Shown here piece after piece: positions 1 to 16,860 of a stretch of DNA of 64,000 nt (positions are counted from its first letter, which is position 1; each line of letters opens with the position of its first letter). The DNA is taken from NCBI GenBank assembly GCA_964016885.1, contig OZ024742.1:306466001-306530000 (forward strand), given 5' to 3'. Source of the DNA: Eledone cirrhosa (Eukaryota). The notes beneath the pieces were generated by a model. The model searched no databases. It was not told the DNA's origin and was given only the letters and a program-made list of their open reading frames with translations. The position numbers and the translations under genes were made by a program.

Positions 1-132
1 AATGTTTATATATATATATATATATATATAGATAGAGAGAGAGAGAGAGTGAGAAATGTTTATATATATATATATATAGAGCGAGAGAGAGAGAGAGAGA
101 GAGTGAAAGAGAGAGAGAGAGTGAGAAATGTT

Positions 133-171
<39 letters not shown>

Positions 172-182
172 TGAGAAATGTT

Positions 183-234
<52 letters not shown>

Positions 235-248
235 GAGTGAGAAATGTT

Positions 249-284
<36 letters not shown>

Positions 285-300
285 GTGTGTGTGTACATTT
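1..300. repeat. Compound microsatellite: GTGAGAAATGTT-(TA)n-(GA)n units, then (TG)n
   Basis: The GAGAAATGTT anchor recurs about 5 times, each followed by TA and GA tracts. Confidence 0.9.
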
Positions 301-637
301 GTGTGTATGGTGAACAATGAAGATAAAAGGTGAAGATTAGTCCTTAATTGACTCATTGTTTTACGATCGTTTCAGAAGGTTGATTGATAATGAATAATCG
401 ATAATGGCTAATCGACAATACTTTGTATGCCATTGTATGTAAGGAAGGCGGTGAGATGGATCTGATATGTCGAGACTAATCATATGGGGGTATATAATTT
501 CTATCGATTTGTGACTTTTATCATGATCAATGAACCTTCTGGAACAATCGAAATACTATTAACTACTTAAGCATTAATCTTCTCTTTTTTTTTCATTGTT
601 CAAAACAAACACACACACACACATATATATATATATA

Positions 638-734
<97 letters not shown>

Positions 735-1280
735 CTGGTTGTGTATGCGTCTGTGTGTCTGTGTGTCTGTGTGGTGATATTGTTTGCGCCTGATTTCCGT
801 GCCTCTGCCGGGATTAAGTTTACGATTTTATTTTTCATTTTAAGCTGCTATTTTGTTAGAGCTGAATACAGGTCCTTATTTCGTACGAACATATTATCCG
901 TTCGATACTAAGTATAAACATGTTCCTCACTATTAAATGAAAGTGTTATTCATTTTGAAACTCTAGATTTTCTGGGCTTAAATCTTCTCCATATTCACAT
1001 GATATCAAATTGGTTCTGAATAGTCTTTTGTTGGTAAACATTCTGTAGCTTATATCCTGGTGTTTTTCATTTTTAATATACATTTGGTGTCTGCTAATTA
1101 GATTTACACCGAGTGTATAAACCAACGCAGCATTGATTTACCTATTGTGAAGGGTACGTCCGCAGAGGAATGACATTAACTAGTATAGGTTAATGAATCG
1201 TTGGTAATCGTCTGGCATTGACAAGTATCCTACAATAGGGTCGGATTGAACAATGCTGTGTGAGCAAAAATTACTACACG

Positions 1281-1405
1281 GAAACTACAAATTAGAAAAC
1301 CATACTGGAGGACGTGCGTTTCACCGAACACACCACATCTATACACGAATTGAAAATCTGTTGGCGAAACGCGCGTCCTCGGGTATGGTTTGCTAATTTG
1401 TTGTG
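1281..1405. repeat. Imperfect inverted repeat carrying the 3' half of a hammerhead motif (PLE-type terminus)
   Basis: GAAA-CGCGCG-TC-CTCGGGTATGG on + near 1366-1390 and a diverged reverse-complement copy near 1298-1325. No CTGATGA half is visible. Confidence 0.45.
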
Positions 1406-1412
1406 GAACTAA

Positions 1413-1443
<31 letters not shown>

Positions 1444-2073
1444 ACTCTCTCTCTCTCTCACTCGCTCTCTCCTTCTCGCTCTCTCTTTCTCTCTCTATCT
1501 CTATCTCCTTATATATAGAGAGAGGGTGAGAGAGAGGAAGAGGGAGAGAGAGAGTGGAGAGAGAACGCCAGTGAGAGAGTGAGAGAGAAGGAGAGAAGGA
1601 GACTGAAAGACATGTGAAATAAGATGTAAAATAGAAAATTCGAGTTGAAACTGAAATAAGGTTACATTTAGGTAAGATGTAAAAATAGCCATATCCACAG
1701 AGGGTGGGATAAAGAGAATGATAGAAAGGAAGAGAGAATAAGAGAGGACTGAAACGGAAAGGAATGCATAACAATCATTTGTTCATTGAATATCATTTGG
1801 TGAAAGAGAAAAGGAGTAAGAAATGAACGGTATGAGGTTGAGTGAGGTTTAGTGTGAGTAAGGAAACAGAGAAAATAAGACACAGGAGAAATTGAAAAGA
1901 AAAAGAAAGGAAAAAATAGGGATAGTGAGAGAGAAGGAGTGGGTCAGTTATATGGGTGAAATGGAAATACTGATAAATGCAACTAGCTGCATGATTAGGT
2001 ATAATCCTGGAGAAGATCTGCGATAAGAGAAATACATGTAAGAGGGGAAAAAAGAAGGGCTGAGAGAGAGGGA

Positions 2074-2108
<35 letters not shown>

Positions 2109-2114
2109 AAGAAT

Positions 2115-2150
<36 letters not shown>

Positions 2151-2354
2151 GAGAAAGGGTGAGATAGAAAGAATGGTAGAGATGATGATGAGAGACAATA
2201 TTGGTTCCATGGGATCTAGCGAACTTAATGCAAACTAATGTAAAATGATGTAAAATCGGGGAAAATACATTCAATTATTCCAACTTCTCCCTAGAAATTT
2301 TCGTTGATGTTCTGTTCAGATACTTATAGAGTCAAGTATGTAAACACGCACACA

Positions 2355-2399
<45 letters not shown>

Positions 2400-3514
2400 T
2401 TATATATATATATGGAAACACAAGAACACTGACAAACATATACACACAAACACATATGTGTGTGTAAGTGTGTGTGTATGTGTGTGTCTGCGTGTGTGTA
2501 TATTTACCAGCAATACTTAGAGATACTCAAATTACATTTTACAAACAACACGTACAATTATTCCCTCAATCACATACGGAATAAGAACAACACACACATA
2601 CAATACACATAGGAAAACACAGATGACACTCATCTGTAACATATACATTTATAAAGCTATTGCGATGCTGCTGGTTAGCAATGATTAGTTAAGAATAAGC
2701 GGTAACAGCGCTGCAGTTAAACCAGAGTGGATAACCACTTCGTTACCCATTCGATAGAATTAGATTAAAGTCTTCTTTAGAAGTGCACGTGTATAGCATG
2801 CTACATAATCGCAGCTTAGAAACCCGAGTGAGTAGCTTTGCATTGGTTCTATAATCAGCAGAGGATTTACCTTGACCAGATGAGGCTCAATGGAAACCAA
2901 TATAAATGTATTTTTCTTTCAGCCCCCTTTCTTTTTCCTTTCTATCTAACTCCCTCATTACCTATCCTGTTTTCTCCCATTCTCTCGTTTTCACTTGTGC
3001 TTTCTCCCTTCTGTATTTTCTGTCTTTCGTTCTAATCTCCCTCGAATGTCTCTTTATTTTCATGTTTTACACTCTCGCCCCATCCTCTATTTCTTTCTCA
3101 TTCTTCCTTTCGGACCCCTAACGAGACTATATGGGGGCAACAATAAACAATATCCCTTTGACTCTGGTTTCAATATGCCACCCTCTATGTAGATTACGCC
3201 ATATTTCTCTATATTTTGACTTACTTCCTCTCTTTCAATGTTGCCTTAATTCCCCAACCTCTTCTATTCTCGTTCTCTATCTCTCATTTGAGTTTTACTT
3301 TATAGCTTATTTCCTAATGTTACCATGTTTCATTATTCTCGCATTTTGTTTCAACATAGAAAGACTGCATCAATCTTGACACTGGAATACGTCGTCGTTC
3401 TAAACAAAGTGTCAATCAGTATATTATCGGTATATCTAATCTTAATCTTCTCTTCCACCTCTCCCCTCTCACACTTTCTCTAACACTTAAGCCCCTTCCT
3501 ACCCCCCACCTCTC

Positions 3515-3593
<79 letters not shown>

Positions 3594-3614
3594 AATTATA
3601 CATATGACACACAC

Positions 3615-3646
<32 letters not shown>

Positions 3647-3672
3647 GTGTCATATGTATAATTCCACACACA

Positions 3673-3719
<47 letters not shown>

Positions 3720-3721
<2 letters not shown>

Positions 3722-3960
3722 TTCGTTTCTGAATTTGTTTAGCAAGATTCTTTATCTGACAACGTGTGTTGAAACCGATATTGTTATACTTTGGGAGGGT
3801 CATGTTGCCAATAAGAAACACACGCACCAGTTGCTTTCACTTCAATTTATTATAATAAATTTATAAATTTAGGAATTTATAAATTTCTGGTTGGTTGGTT
3901 GGTTCCACAACCAGATAGTTGTTTATATATTGTCAAAGTTCATTCGTCACACATTCTGTG
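3720..3960. mobile_element. Dispersed non-coding repeat; related copies at 16540-16860 and 35680-35870
   Basis: Shares TTGGGAGGGTCAT...TTGCCA...AACACAC blocks with the other two loci. Confidence 0.55.
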
Positions 3961-4061
3961 ACCTCTTCAGTAACTGGGGATTCTTTTCTTTGTTTTTGTG
4001 CCTCTCCTTTGTTCTGTCCTACGCCATTTTGTTTCTGTGTGTGTGTTGTGTGCTCAGTCTG

Positions 4062-4420
4062 CATTTGGCGCAAAATCAATTTTTTACATTCACATGACCT
4101 CTACTGACCAATCAAAATTGTTTTGACCACAAGAATTTTTGCAACACGAATTGGCGCAAAACTTATTTTAATACCGCTGGAGCAACTTTTTTTACATAAA
4201 AACAGGTAGAATTCCTCAAACTAATCAGATCAGAGCAAACATCACGGACGCTCTATCTCAAAATTATTTTTGAAAAGCATTAGAAATGCGCAACCGGTAA
4301 AACTTAAAACCAAAACTGAAAACTAACCAATACAATTACTAATTCTCACTTATTCCTAATTAAACTATTTTTCACTGTGAATAATTTGTCAACATTTTCT
4401 ATTCCGTTTACCAATATATA
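4062..4420 (+). repeat. Dispersed ~355-bp repeat, copy 1
   Basis: Near-identical to 13209-13563 (CATTTGGCGCAAAATCAATTTTTTACATTCACATGACC...ATTCCGTTTA), ending at (TA)n. Confidence 0.9.
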
Positions 4421-4449
4421 ATAACTTGTGTGTTACACGTCTTTTCTTT

Positions 4450-4496
<47 letters not shown>

Positions 4497-4541
4497 AAGT
4501 TAAATAAAAAGTCAAATGTTTAAAATTTAGCTTCGTTTATT

Positions 4542-4596
4542 ACTGCTATATATATTTCAGTGACAGCCACCTTTGGCTGTGACCTCTTCAGGCAGT
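4542..4596 (-). ncRNA. Type I minimal hammerhead ribozyme at a PLE-like terminus
   Basis: Minus strand reads ACTGC-CTGAAGA-GGTCACAGCC aaaggt GGCTGTCACT-GAAA-TATATA-TA-GCAGT-AATAAA: stem I, intact core, long stem II, palindromic stem III and a following poly(A) signal. Confidence 0.8.
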
Positions 4597-5474
4597 CCGA
4601 ATTAGTGTGGTATAGACAAGTACATATGTTGTTGAGGTGTATAATTGTGTCAATACTCTGATATGCCCAGTTCCTGGTTGGGTTGTTATTTCACTGAGGA
4701 ACTGGAATGATATGAATTCAAACAAATGAATTTCAGTGTCAAAGGGCCTCTTCTCCTCTCATTGGTCAGTTGTTAGACCATTCCTCATTCTAAGTGTTGT
4801 TATTGTTGGAGTTAGCTTAAGAAATTGATAAAGTGGTAGAAGGGACAAGGTGTTAAAGTAACAAAATAACAAAAAAAGTGTCAAACTTCCCATTGGTCAG
4901 TTCTGAGAGGATTCCTCAGTCAGAAGTCTATAGAATTCTTTCTGGGGTGAGGCTCCCTGTAGTGTTTGTGTTTGCTATTGTTAAGTACATTTGACCTCTA
5001 CCATTATTTTGGTAGTGTTGTTGGTGTTGTGGTCAGCTTATGTCTTGCTGCTGCTGACAATTTAGAAGTATCTGTGTGTGTTTTTTCTTCATCCCTCCTC
5101 CCACCATCTCTCATAGTGGTGGTGGGGGGGGGGGTTATTGAAGAAATATAAGGCAATAAATGAAGAAAACAGAAAATAAATAATATAATTTGTATAATTT
5201 GAAAATAAATAATAAATAGAGAATAAAGAATAAAGAATAAATGAAAAATTGGTGAAAAAGTAATGAAAATGAATATGGAGAAGTGAAAAATAAAATGAAG
5301 ATTCAAATAAAGTAGGATAAAGTGTGTGTGTGTGCTATAACCAATCTCAAGGTCAGAAATATGCTGAATAGATTGGTATGAGGAAAAAGATGGTAAAATA
5401 AGATAATCAAACAAAATGTGTTTGTGTTATAATCAATCTCAACTTAAAAATAAATATAAATATAGGGTGATACA

Positions 5475-8420
<2,946 letters not shown>

Positions 8421-8617
8421 TTCTTTATACTATATATATATATATATATATATATAGTATTAGTTATACTATCTATGGTTATGTAAATACAAAACCTTAT
8501 GCAGTTATATGTATTTTACATACACCCTAAATAGTGGTAGGCAGTAATGTATTACTACCTTATTACCAGTAAGTTAAGTAGCTCAATGTAAAAACATCAG
8601 ATGATTTACAGAGCAGT

Positions 8618-8682
8618 TATATGAAATATAAGAATCAAAGAGCTGTTCAAAACATAATGTTTTGAACAGCTCTTTGATTCTT

Positions 8683-8695
<13 letters not shown>
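8618..8695. repeat. Perfect fold-back hairpin (~38-bp arms) ending a repeat related to 43140-43320
   Basis: TATATGAAATATAAGAATCAAAGAGCTGTTCAAAACAT-a-ATGTTTTGAACAGCTCTTTGATTCTTATATTTCATATA. Confidence 0.85.
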
Positions 8696-8713
<18 letters not shown>

Positions 8714-8737
8714 TTGTGTATATAGAATTATACTTAT

Positions 8738-8774
<37 letters not shown>

Positions 8775-8903
8775 GAAAACGATAAGTTGAAAAAAATGAA
8801 AACGAAAAACGAAATTTCATTTCTCACTCTTAGTATGGCACTTACTTAAATGTAAGTATGTATGTATACGTACATACATATATGTATACAGACGTACAGT
8901 AGC

Positions 8904-8956
<53 letters not shown>

Positions 8957-9109
8957 CATGCAGGTACACATACATATATGCACGCATCAGTTTAGCAGAC
9001 GCTTATTATAGCGCTGCTTTGTTCGTTTGTCAACAAACTGAACAGCCTGAATTTATGCCATACGGTGTTAAGGCAACCACGTCACCTTTTTGTTCAACAC
9101 TGACACAGG

Positions 9110-9154
9110 AACGATGTACTAGTTTCAAGCTTGTTAGCTATCTTCAGCACCGTT
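9110..9154 (-). ncRNA. Type I hammerhead ribozyme (family B, CUGAAGA core)
   Basis: AACGGTG-CTGAAGA-tAGCT aaca AGCTt-GAAA-CTAG-TA-CATCGTT. Confidence 0.82.
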
Positions 9155-9578
9155 TACCCATCTGCCAGATAGTTGAACGTTCGAAAGTATATACTTTCCT
9201 TATGAAAATTAACGGCTGAGCAGCCTAATTTGCATATTGAGTGAGTTAAATCGGTCAGGCATACCGAAAACGATAAGTTGAAAAAAATGAAAACGAAAAA
9301 CGAAATTTCATTTCTCACTCTTAGTATGGCACTTACTTAAATGTAAGTATGTATGTATACGTACATACATATATGTATACAGACGTACAGTAGCATGTAT
9401 ATATATATATATATATATATACATACATGCAGGTACACATACATATATGCACGCATCAGTTTAGCAGACGCTTATTATAGCGCTGCTTTGTTCGTTTGTC
9501 AACAAACTGAACAGCCTGAATTTATGCCATACGGTGTTAAGGCAACCACGTCACCTTTTTGTTCAACACTGACACAGG

Positions 9579-9623
9579 AACGATGTACTAGTTTCAAGCT
9601 TGTTAGCTATCATCAGCACCGTT
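9579..9623 (-). ncRNA. Type I hammerhead ribozyme (family B)
   Basis: AACGGTG-CTGATGA-tAGCT aaca AGCTt-GAAA-CTAG-TA-CATCGTT. Confidence 0.85.
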
Positions 9624-9833
9624 TACCCATCTGCCTGATAGTTGAACGTTCGAAAGTATATACTTTCCTTATGAAAATGAAATTTCGTTTTTCGTTTTCA
9701 TTTTTTTCAACTTATCGTTTTCGGTATGCCTGACCGATTTAACTCACTCAATATGCAAATTAGGCTGCTCAGCCGTTAATTTTCATAAGGAAAGTATATA
9801 CTTTCGAACGTTCAACTATCTGGCAGATGGGTA

Positions 9834-9878
9834 AACGGTGCTGATGATAGCTAACAAGCTTGAAACTAGTACATCGTT
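9834..9878 (+). ncRNA. Type I hammerhead ribozyme (family B, inverted unit)
   Basis: Same motif on +. Stem I is extended by ATGGG/CCTGT, CTGGCA/TGTCAG and GTTCAAC/GTTGAAC. Confidence 0.85.
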
Positions 9879-10107
9879 CCTGTGTCAGTGTTGAACAAAA
9901 AGGTGACGTGGTTGCCTTAACACCGTATGGCATAAATTCAGGCTGTTCAGTTTGTTGACAAACGAACAATGCAGCGCTATAATAAGCGTCTGCTAAACTG
10001 ATGCGTGCATATATGTATGTGTACCTGCATGTATGTATATATATATATATTTATATACATGCTACTGTACGTCTGTATACATATATGTATGTACGTATAC
10101 ATACATA

Positions 10108-10159
<52 letters not shown>

Positions 10160-10494
10160 TAATGTTGCCAGAGAAAAACACCACAGGAGAAGACTACAAT
10201 GGAATGATGATATAACGCTTGATATAGTAGGAAAAGAATGGCCAGTTGTTTCAAGAATACGTTGGTTCAATTTGAATTTTGAAGTGTAGTAGTCCCCACG
10301 TAAATGACAATAACAAAAAATTATATGCTTGAGCAAAACATGTAAAGTACATATGGTGTGTGGGGGAGAAAGTGCTGCGAGCAATCGAAAACAACATTTA
10401 TTGGACATAGTGGGAATGCGTAAATTCCTACATATGAAAAGCGGGGGTAAGTAACACAAAAACACACAGACACACAGACACACAGACACACACA

Positions 10495-10572
<78 letters not shown>

Positions 10573-10590
10573 CACACACACGCGCATATA

Positions 10591-10633
<43 letters not shown>

Positions 10634-11850
10634 TTGTGTGGGTGTTGGGGTGTATAAAGAAATAAAAATATAACGTATCAGTGACTTCGATTTTCAAACA
10701 CAGTGTTGGGTTTCTACGTTATCTGACATTGGTGTATGAACTCTTGTGAAACTATAGATATCTTTCCAACACTTTTATGGTGTATCTTGAGAGGCGTCAA
10801 ATGCTTTTAGGAAATACAGTAATTTCTAAAGCTAAATGACGAGAGCAGCGAACCGCACCCAATACCCTGTCGTTCATGCATACCGATCCACAGCTTGCTA
10901 CTCAATACAATTATTCCCTTTACATATATATGCACTTTTTTGACCACTACCAACACCAAGCGATTTTTACAGACACTCTCATATTTCCCAGCATACGCTT
11001 CCATTCGGCTCTTAATTTTTCTTTTTGCTCACATTTTCCACTACGACAACCACCAGAAAAACGATCAGAATAACCACCACGACAACTACCACAGTAACAA
11101 TCACAGCAATCACCATAACAACCAAGTTAATCATCACAACCAACACAAAATCTACGAAAACAACCACAAGACCAGGAATCACAAACACCAAAAAATGTCC
11201 ACCCACTCCTCACAACAGCCACCATAAATATCACAACAATGTTCAAAACCATTACCATCTCCGCGTTGTTTGTCTTCCTGATATTATACATTCTCAGACT
11301 TTACTCTTGCCTCAAATTCTCGTATTCTATAACCACACCACATTCTCTAGATTCCGTGCTTTTCCACCATGCTCTTCTCAGAGATACAACACTTAACTGT
11401 TGACAATAACAAAAAAGAATATATTGAAAGAAAGAAATAATAATGCGAGAATCTCCGCAGATATTTCGATAGTTCAATTAGTCTTTGTCAGAAATGTCTG
11501 TAATAATGGTTTCCAGGGAAATAGTTTTACTTCAACATTATCATCTCCACCACAAAACAACACTTCACCAACGTCAGCACTCTTCCGTTTTTTATCCGTT
11601 CCCTCTTTCGCAAACACTTCTATTTTTTCTAAATATATTATTCACATTATTACAATTACACAGACACACACACAAACACATATCCATACATATTTATACA
11701 TACATATATGCATATGTGTATATATACGTGTATGTGGGTGCTGGGTGCGCGTGTGAGTGTCTGTGTGTGTGTCTATAAAAGAATAAATATCTCTCCCCCT
11801 CTCTCTCTCTCTGTATATATATATATATATATATATATACACGCACGCAC

Positions 11851-11946
<96 letters not shown>

Positions 11947-12562
11947 CACACACACACATATATATATATATAAATATACAACCCGTGTGCGAATCGAGAT
12001 GTTTGAAAAGGTAAAAGGAAATATATATATAAATGTAATCTGAGTTTTTCGAATATTAATAATAACATTCGATTCGTTTGCAATTTTGCAAACAAGCCTC
12101 AATTTTATAGCCATGTCAGTAGAATGAACACTTCATTCTTGTGCTTGTGTTGGCATGCGAACAGAACTGCAGACACTCACGTTTCTGACTGATCAGCCAG
12201 TCTGCTAATATGCAAATCCGGCCGATCAGTCATTGTGTATTTTTGGAAAATAACAAATATTTTCACTAGCTCTGACAGTTTGGCAGGAGAACAGTGATCG
12301 AATGTTATTATTAATATTCGAAAACCTCAGATTACATTTATTGTATTCAGCCGTGTAGAGCTAAATTTTCCTTTTTATTTGAATTTGGCAAAGCCGGCCA
12401 TTTATCGCTTGTATACAGGAAACTGACTGACCAGTCAGCTGATATGCAAATCTGGCTGATCAGTGTATCTGCTAATATGCAAATCAGGCCGATCAGTCAC
12501 TGGGTATTTTTGAAAATAGCATATATTTTCACTACCTCTGACAGTTTGGCAGGTAAACAGTG

Positions 12563-12610
12563 AGCTGTACTGATGAAGGGTGATACCCAGAAACATTAGT
12601 GTCTGCAGTT
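12563..12610 (+). ncRNA. Type I hammerhead ribozyme (family C)
   Basis: AGCTGTA-CTGATGA-aGGGT gat ACCCa-GAAA-CATTAGTG-TC-TGCAGTT, with GUC cleavage triplet. Stem I is extended by TTGGCA/TGCCAA. Confidence 0.82.
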
Positions 12611-12734
12611 CCGTTCGCATGCCAACACAAGAGCAAGAATGAAGTCTTCATTCTACTGATATGGCTATAAAATTGAGGCTTGTTTGCAAAATTGCAAACG
12701 AATCGAATGTTATTATTAATATTCGAAAATCCAG

Positions 12735-12836
12735 TCGAGTTTAACTTTGCCTTTCATCCTTACGGAATCGATTAAATAAAGTACCAGTAATACACTGGTA
12801 AATTGCTGGCCTTGTGCCAAAAGTAGAAACAATTAT
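12735..12836 (+). mobile_element. SINE 3' fragment
   Basis: TTTGCCTTTCATCCTT..GATTAAATAAAGTACCAGT..GGCCTTGTGCCAAAAGTAGAAACAATTATT. A second copy is at 55592-55682. Resembles the common octopus SINE tail (from memory, not searched). Confidence 0.7.
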
Positions 12837-13103
12837 TAATATTCGAAAAACTCAGACTACGTTTATTGTATTCAGCCATGTAGAGCGAAATTTTATTTTA
12901 TATATATCTATATCTTTTAACATGTTAAAATATCCCCCACACACTTACAGACACATTCCTACTGACCATCCCTCTACCACGAATTACTCTGCTACACACA
13001 CACACACATGTTTTAGTGGGCATTTGAACTGTCAACAGGCTGCGGTTCCCACACACATCCCTGCTGACCATTATCACAACAACGAACCTCTTTACTACTA
13101 CTA

Positions 13104-13165
<62 letters not shown>

Positions 13166-13208
13166 TTGTTGTGAAAGATTTATTTCTCAGTCAGCCGACA
13201 CAAACATA

Positions 13209-13674
<466 letters not shown>

Positions 13675-13821
13675 TATTAAAATAACAGATTAAAGTTTAA
13701 GAAAAGAATCGGTGCTTTCACGCTTAACGGGATCATCCGAAACTAAAACGTCAATCTGTGAACGCAGAAGTAAATATTTCAAAAAACGTTGCAACCGAAG
13801 GAAGACAGGAACACGATATTT

Positions 13822-14104
13822 TGGTTCGTGGAAACGTTCCCTGGCAAAGAACGGAAAAAAACGAATATAATACGTCATTATTTGGTGCAGTGAAAACAAT
13901 TTCACGCGAAGACAAAACCACGTTTATGGTATAAATGAAGTCTTAGACTAATATTCTATTAGGTGGTTCATGGAGACGTTCTCTAGCAATGAACGGAAAA
14001 AACGAAGATAATACGTCATTATGTGGAGCACTGAGAACAATTACACGCAAAGACAAAACCACGTAAATGGTATAACTGAAGTCGTAGACTAAAATTCTAT
14101 TTAG
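13822..14104. repeat. Diverged tandem duplication, ~143-bp unit x2
   Basis: GGTTC.TGGA.ACGTT...GAACGGAAAAAACGAA.ATAATACGTCATTAT...AGACAAAACCACGT...AGACTAA.ATTCTATT occurs twice. Confidence 0.8.
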
Positions 14105-14948
14105 GAAACCGAATGATTCTCAGCTTCAGAGTTAAGAATAAAGTAAATAAAATACAGAGATAATTGAAATTAAATATATACATACACACATCCATATACG
14201 TACATACACAAGCATACGCGAAAACACTTCCCATGGGTATGCACATACAAGCACGTACACAAAAAAAACACACACGCACATACAGAACCCACGCAACGCC
14301 TGTACCGCACACATACGAACGTATACACCAAATAATACACATTAAAAAAAATAAAAACATATATATATACACATATGTGTGTGTGTGTGTGCGTGTATAC
14401 ATATTTAAATAAACGTATATAAATATACACACATAAATACGTATACAAGGCGCGCGCACACACACCCACATGTAAAGACACATATGTTCGCGGACCTACG
14501 TCAACCAAAACACAAAGTACACATATACACACACCCTACATACGTACGAATCCGCATACTCACACAGACGCAAAACGCACGTATACACATAACCAAATGC
14601 ACATGTACCAGTATATATAATATATACGTCAATAACATATAGAAGCAAATATACGTACGAGAAAATATACGTACCTTCACAAAACATACCGGTAATATAT
14701 ACTTACCTATACGAATAAGTAATGGTATTAACATAACATATACTTAGCTACCACATCAAGATGTAAAATATCCGCGTACAGTTCGTACTATCTGTTAGGG
14801 TATAATGCGGGGCTGTAATACAGGAAAGTTTTCTGCAATTTATGTTTACAAGCCGAAATTGCCTCAGATTTTTTGTTTAAGATGTGGTCTTTGGCGTAGA
14901 GTATTTCCAGGGCCTCAGCGGCGCAGGGGTCACATGGTCTTTTATATA

Positions 14949-14988
<40 letters not shown>

Positions 14989-15613
14989 TATATATATATA
15001 TTTATATATATATATTTCCTTTTACCTTTTCAAACATTTCGATTGGCACACGGGTTGCACAAATGTTGTCTCTCGAAGATATATCGGGGGGAGATACAAC
15101 CTGAATTCATTTGTTTTGGGTTTCACCGTAAGTGAAGACTAAACATTCTAGAAGCCTCTTGGAGATCGCGAAACTGTGTAATATAGGAACAGTCGGGATC
15201 AGCTGGTCATTCTTAGTTCTGTAGGAGTTCGCTTTCTAAAAAGAAGTCCTGCATATTAGACCTAGGTGTGCCGCTTTAAATAGTTATTTCTTCGAAGCTG
15301 CTCCTTACATTTAAAACTGCATATCATTACAACATATATGCTCTGCATCTATTGTAACTATATCATAGATATAAATTATTAAAATATTAGTCTTAACTTT
15401 AAAAAAATTATCGTGTAAGTAATCAATATACTATATAAAGGTTTTCTCATTTGCAATCTAATTGTTTAGCAAAATGGAAATTTCCCTATTCATATGTTTG
15501 TCCATATACCCACTAATCCTCGTATGCATATATATATATAGTAAACAAATCTTGGCATCCAAGAATGAAAGAAGCTTAATACTATCGTCATCCCTACTGT
15601 TGACACAGATATA

Positions 15614-15653
<40 letters not shown>

Positions 15654-15695
15654 TGCGTGTTTGTCTGCGTATGTATTTATGTGTGTTTATATGTG

Positions 15696-15737
<42 letters not shown>

Positions 15738-16327
15738 GTTTGAACGAACAGATGAGAAAGAACAACACACATTTAAAAAAAAAAAGAACACAAACAGACT
15801 ATATATTCATCATAAGCTAAGATTATTTCTTCCTCATATCTAAACGTCAGACGTTTCCGATGCTTGGTATATAAATGTTTACTAGTATTTGACAGGATAT
15901 ATGTGTCTCTCTATGAAACTTCCATTTATGACACAAAACGTCTTATTTCATATTTCCATCTATCATGCCATGCGAATTGGTATAATAGTATCATCTATCA
16001 AGTATAAACATTTTCACGTTCTTTTTTTTTTATTCATATCTATATCAATCTTACAAAATAACCGAAAATCTATAAACAACAATGTGGATAAAATATCTTG
16101 TTTACATTGTATTTGACTTTGTTTTTTACTCAAATGATATTGAAATCTCGATTTATGTTGTTCTTAACTGAAACGTGTTAACTTGAATAATTGGAAAAGC
16201 AAATAACGTTCTTTTTTAATGTATTCTACCTAGAAGTAAGGATGGTGATGTAATTAAGAAATTCAAAATGCAGTTCCCTACATTCGAGACTATCCACTGC
16301 TCAAGTAAATGGCTTTCTCTGCAACAG

Positions 16328-16372
<45 letters not shown>

Positions 16373-16390
16373 TGTGTATGTGTGTGTGTT

Positions 16391-16493
<103 letters not shown>

Positions 16494-16539
16494 ACATATA
16501 TATATGTATGTACGTATATGTGTATATAAATATGCATGT

Positions 16540-16860
16540 ATTATACATTTGGAGAGGGTCATAATGTTATAATATTGCCAGAAATAATAACAGAACACAC
16601 TCGCTGCTTGGTTTGACTTGGTTTTCGCTTCTGTATCTTTAATATCTCCATAGTTAATTTATCGGTCAATCAATGTTTATCATTGATTGACCAACGGTTA
16701 AAAATATAGATATAAATGTATATATAGCCTATCAAAGTTCGTTCGTCACACAGTGTGTTCTGTTATAATTTCTGGCAATATTATAACAATATGACCCTCC
16801 CCAAATATAACAATATTTGTTTCAACACACGATTTCATATAAAAAACCTTGCAAATCAAA
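16540..16860. mobile_element. MITE-like or fold-back repeat with ~60-bp inverted arms
   Basis: GAGGGTCATAATGTTATAATATTGCCAGAAATAATAACAGAACACACT (~16554-16601) and its reverse complement at ~16752-16800. Confidence 0.65.

Larger units (their letters stand above)
8772..10111. mobile_element. Retrozyme-like family B: two tandem units on - joined to one inverted unit on +
   Basis: The unit start at 8772 repeats at 9262. 9675-10111 is the reverse complement of the unit. Each unit carries a hammerhead, and both ends abut (TA)n. Confidence 0.88.
12030..12900. mobile_element. Retrozyme-like family C (~405-bp unit) with inverted 5' segment, interrupted by a SINE fragment
   Basis: 12030-12188 is the reverse complement of the downstream unit. 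TCGAATGTTATTATTAATATTCGAAAA recurs at ~12299 and ~12703. ATGCAAAT at 12210, 12444 and 12477; hammerhead at 12563-12610. Confidence 0.78.

Noticed and set aside
10876-11396. Thr/Asn/His-rich ORFs
   Set aside because: This is a degenerate CAA/CCA trinucleotide tract with no domain evidence.
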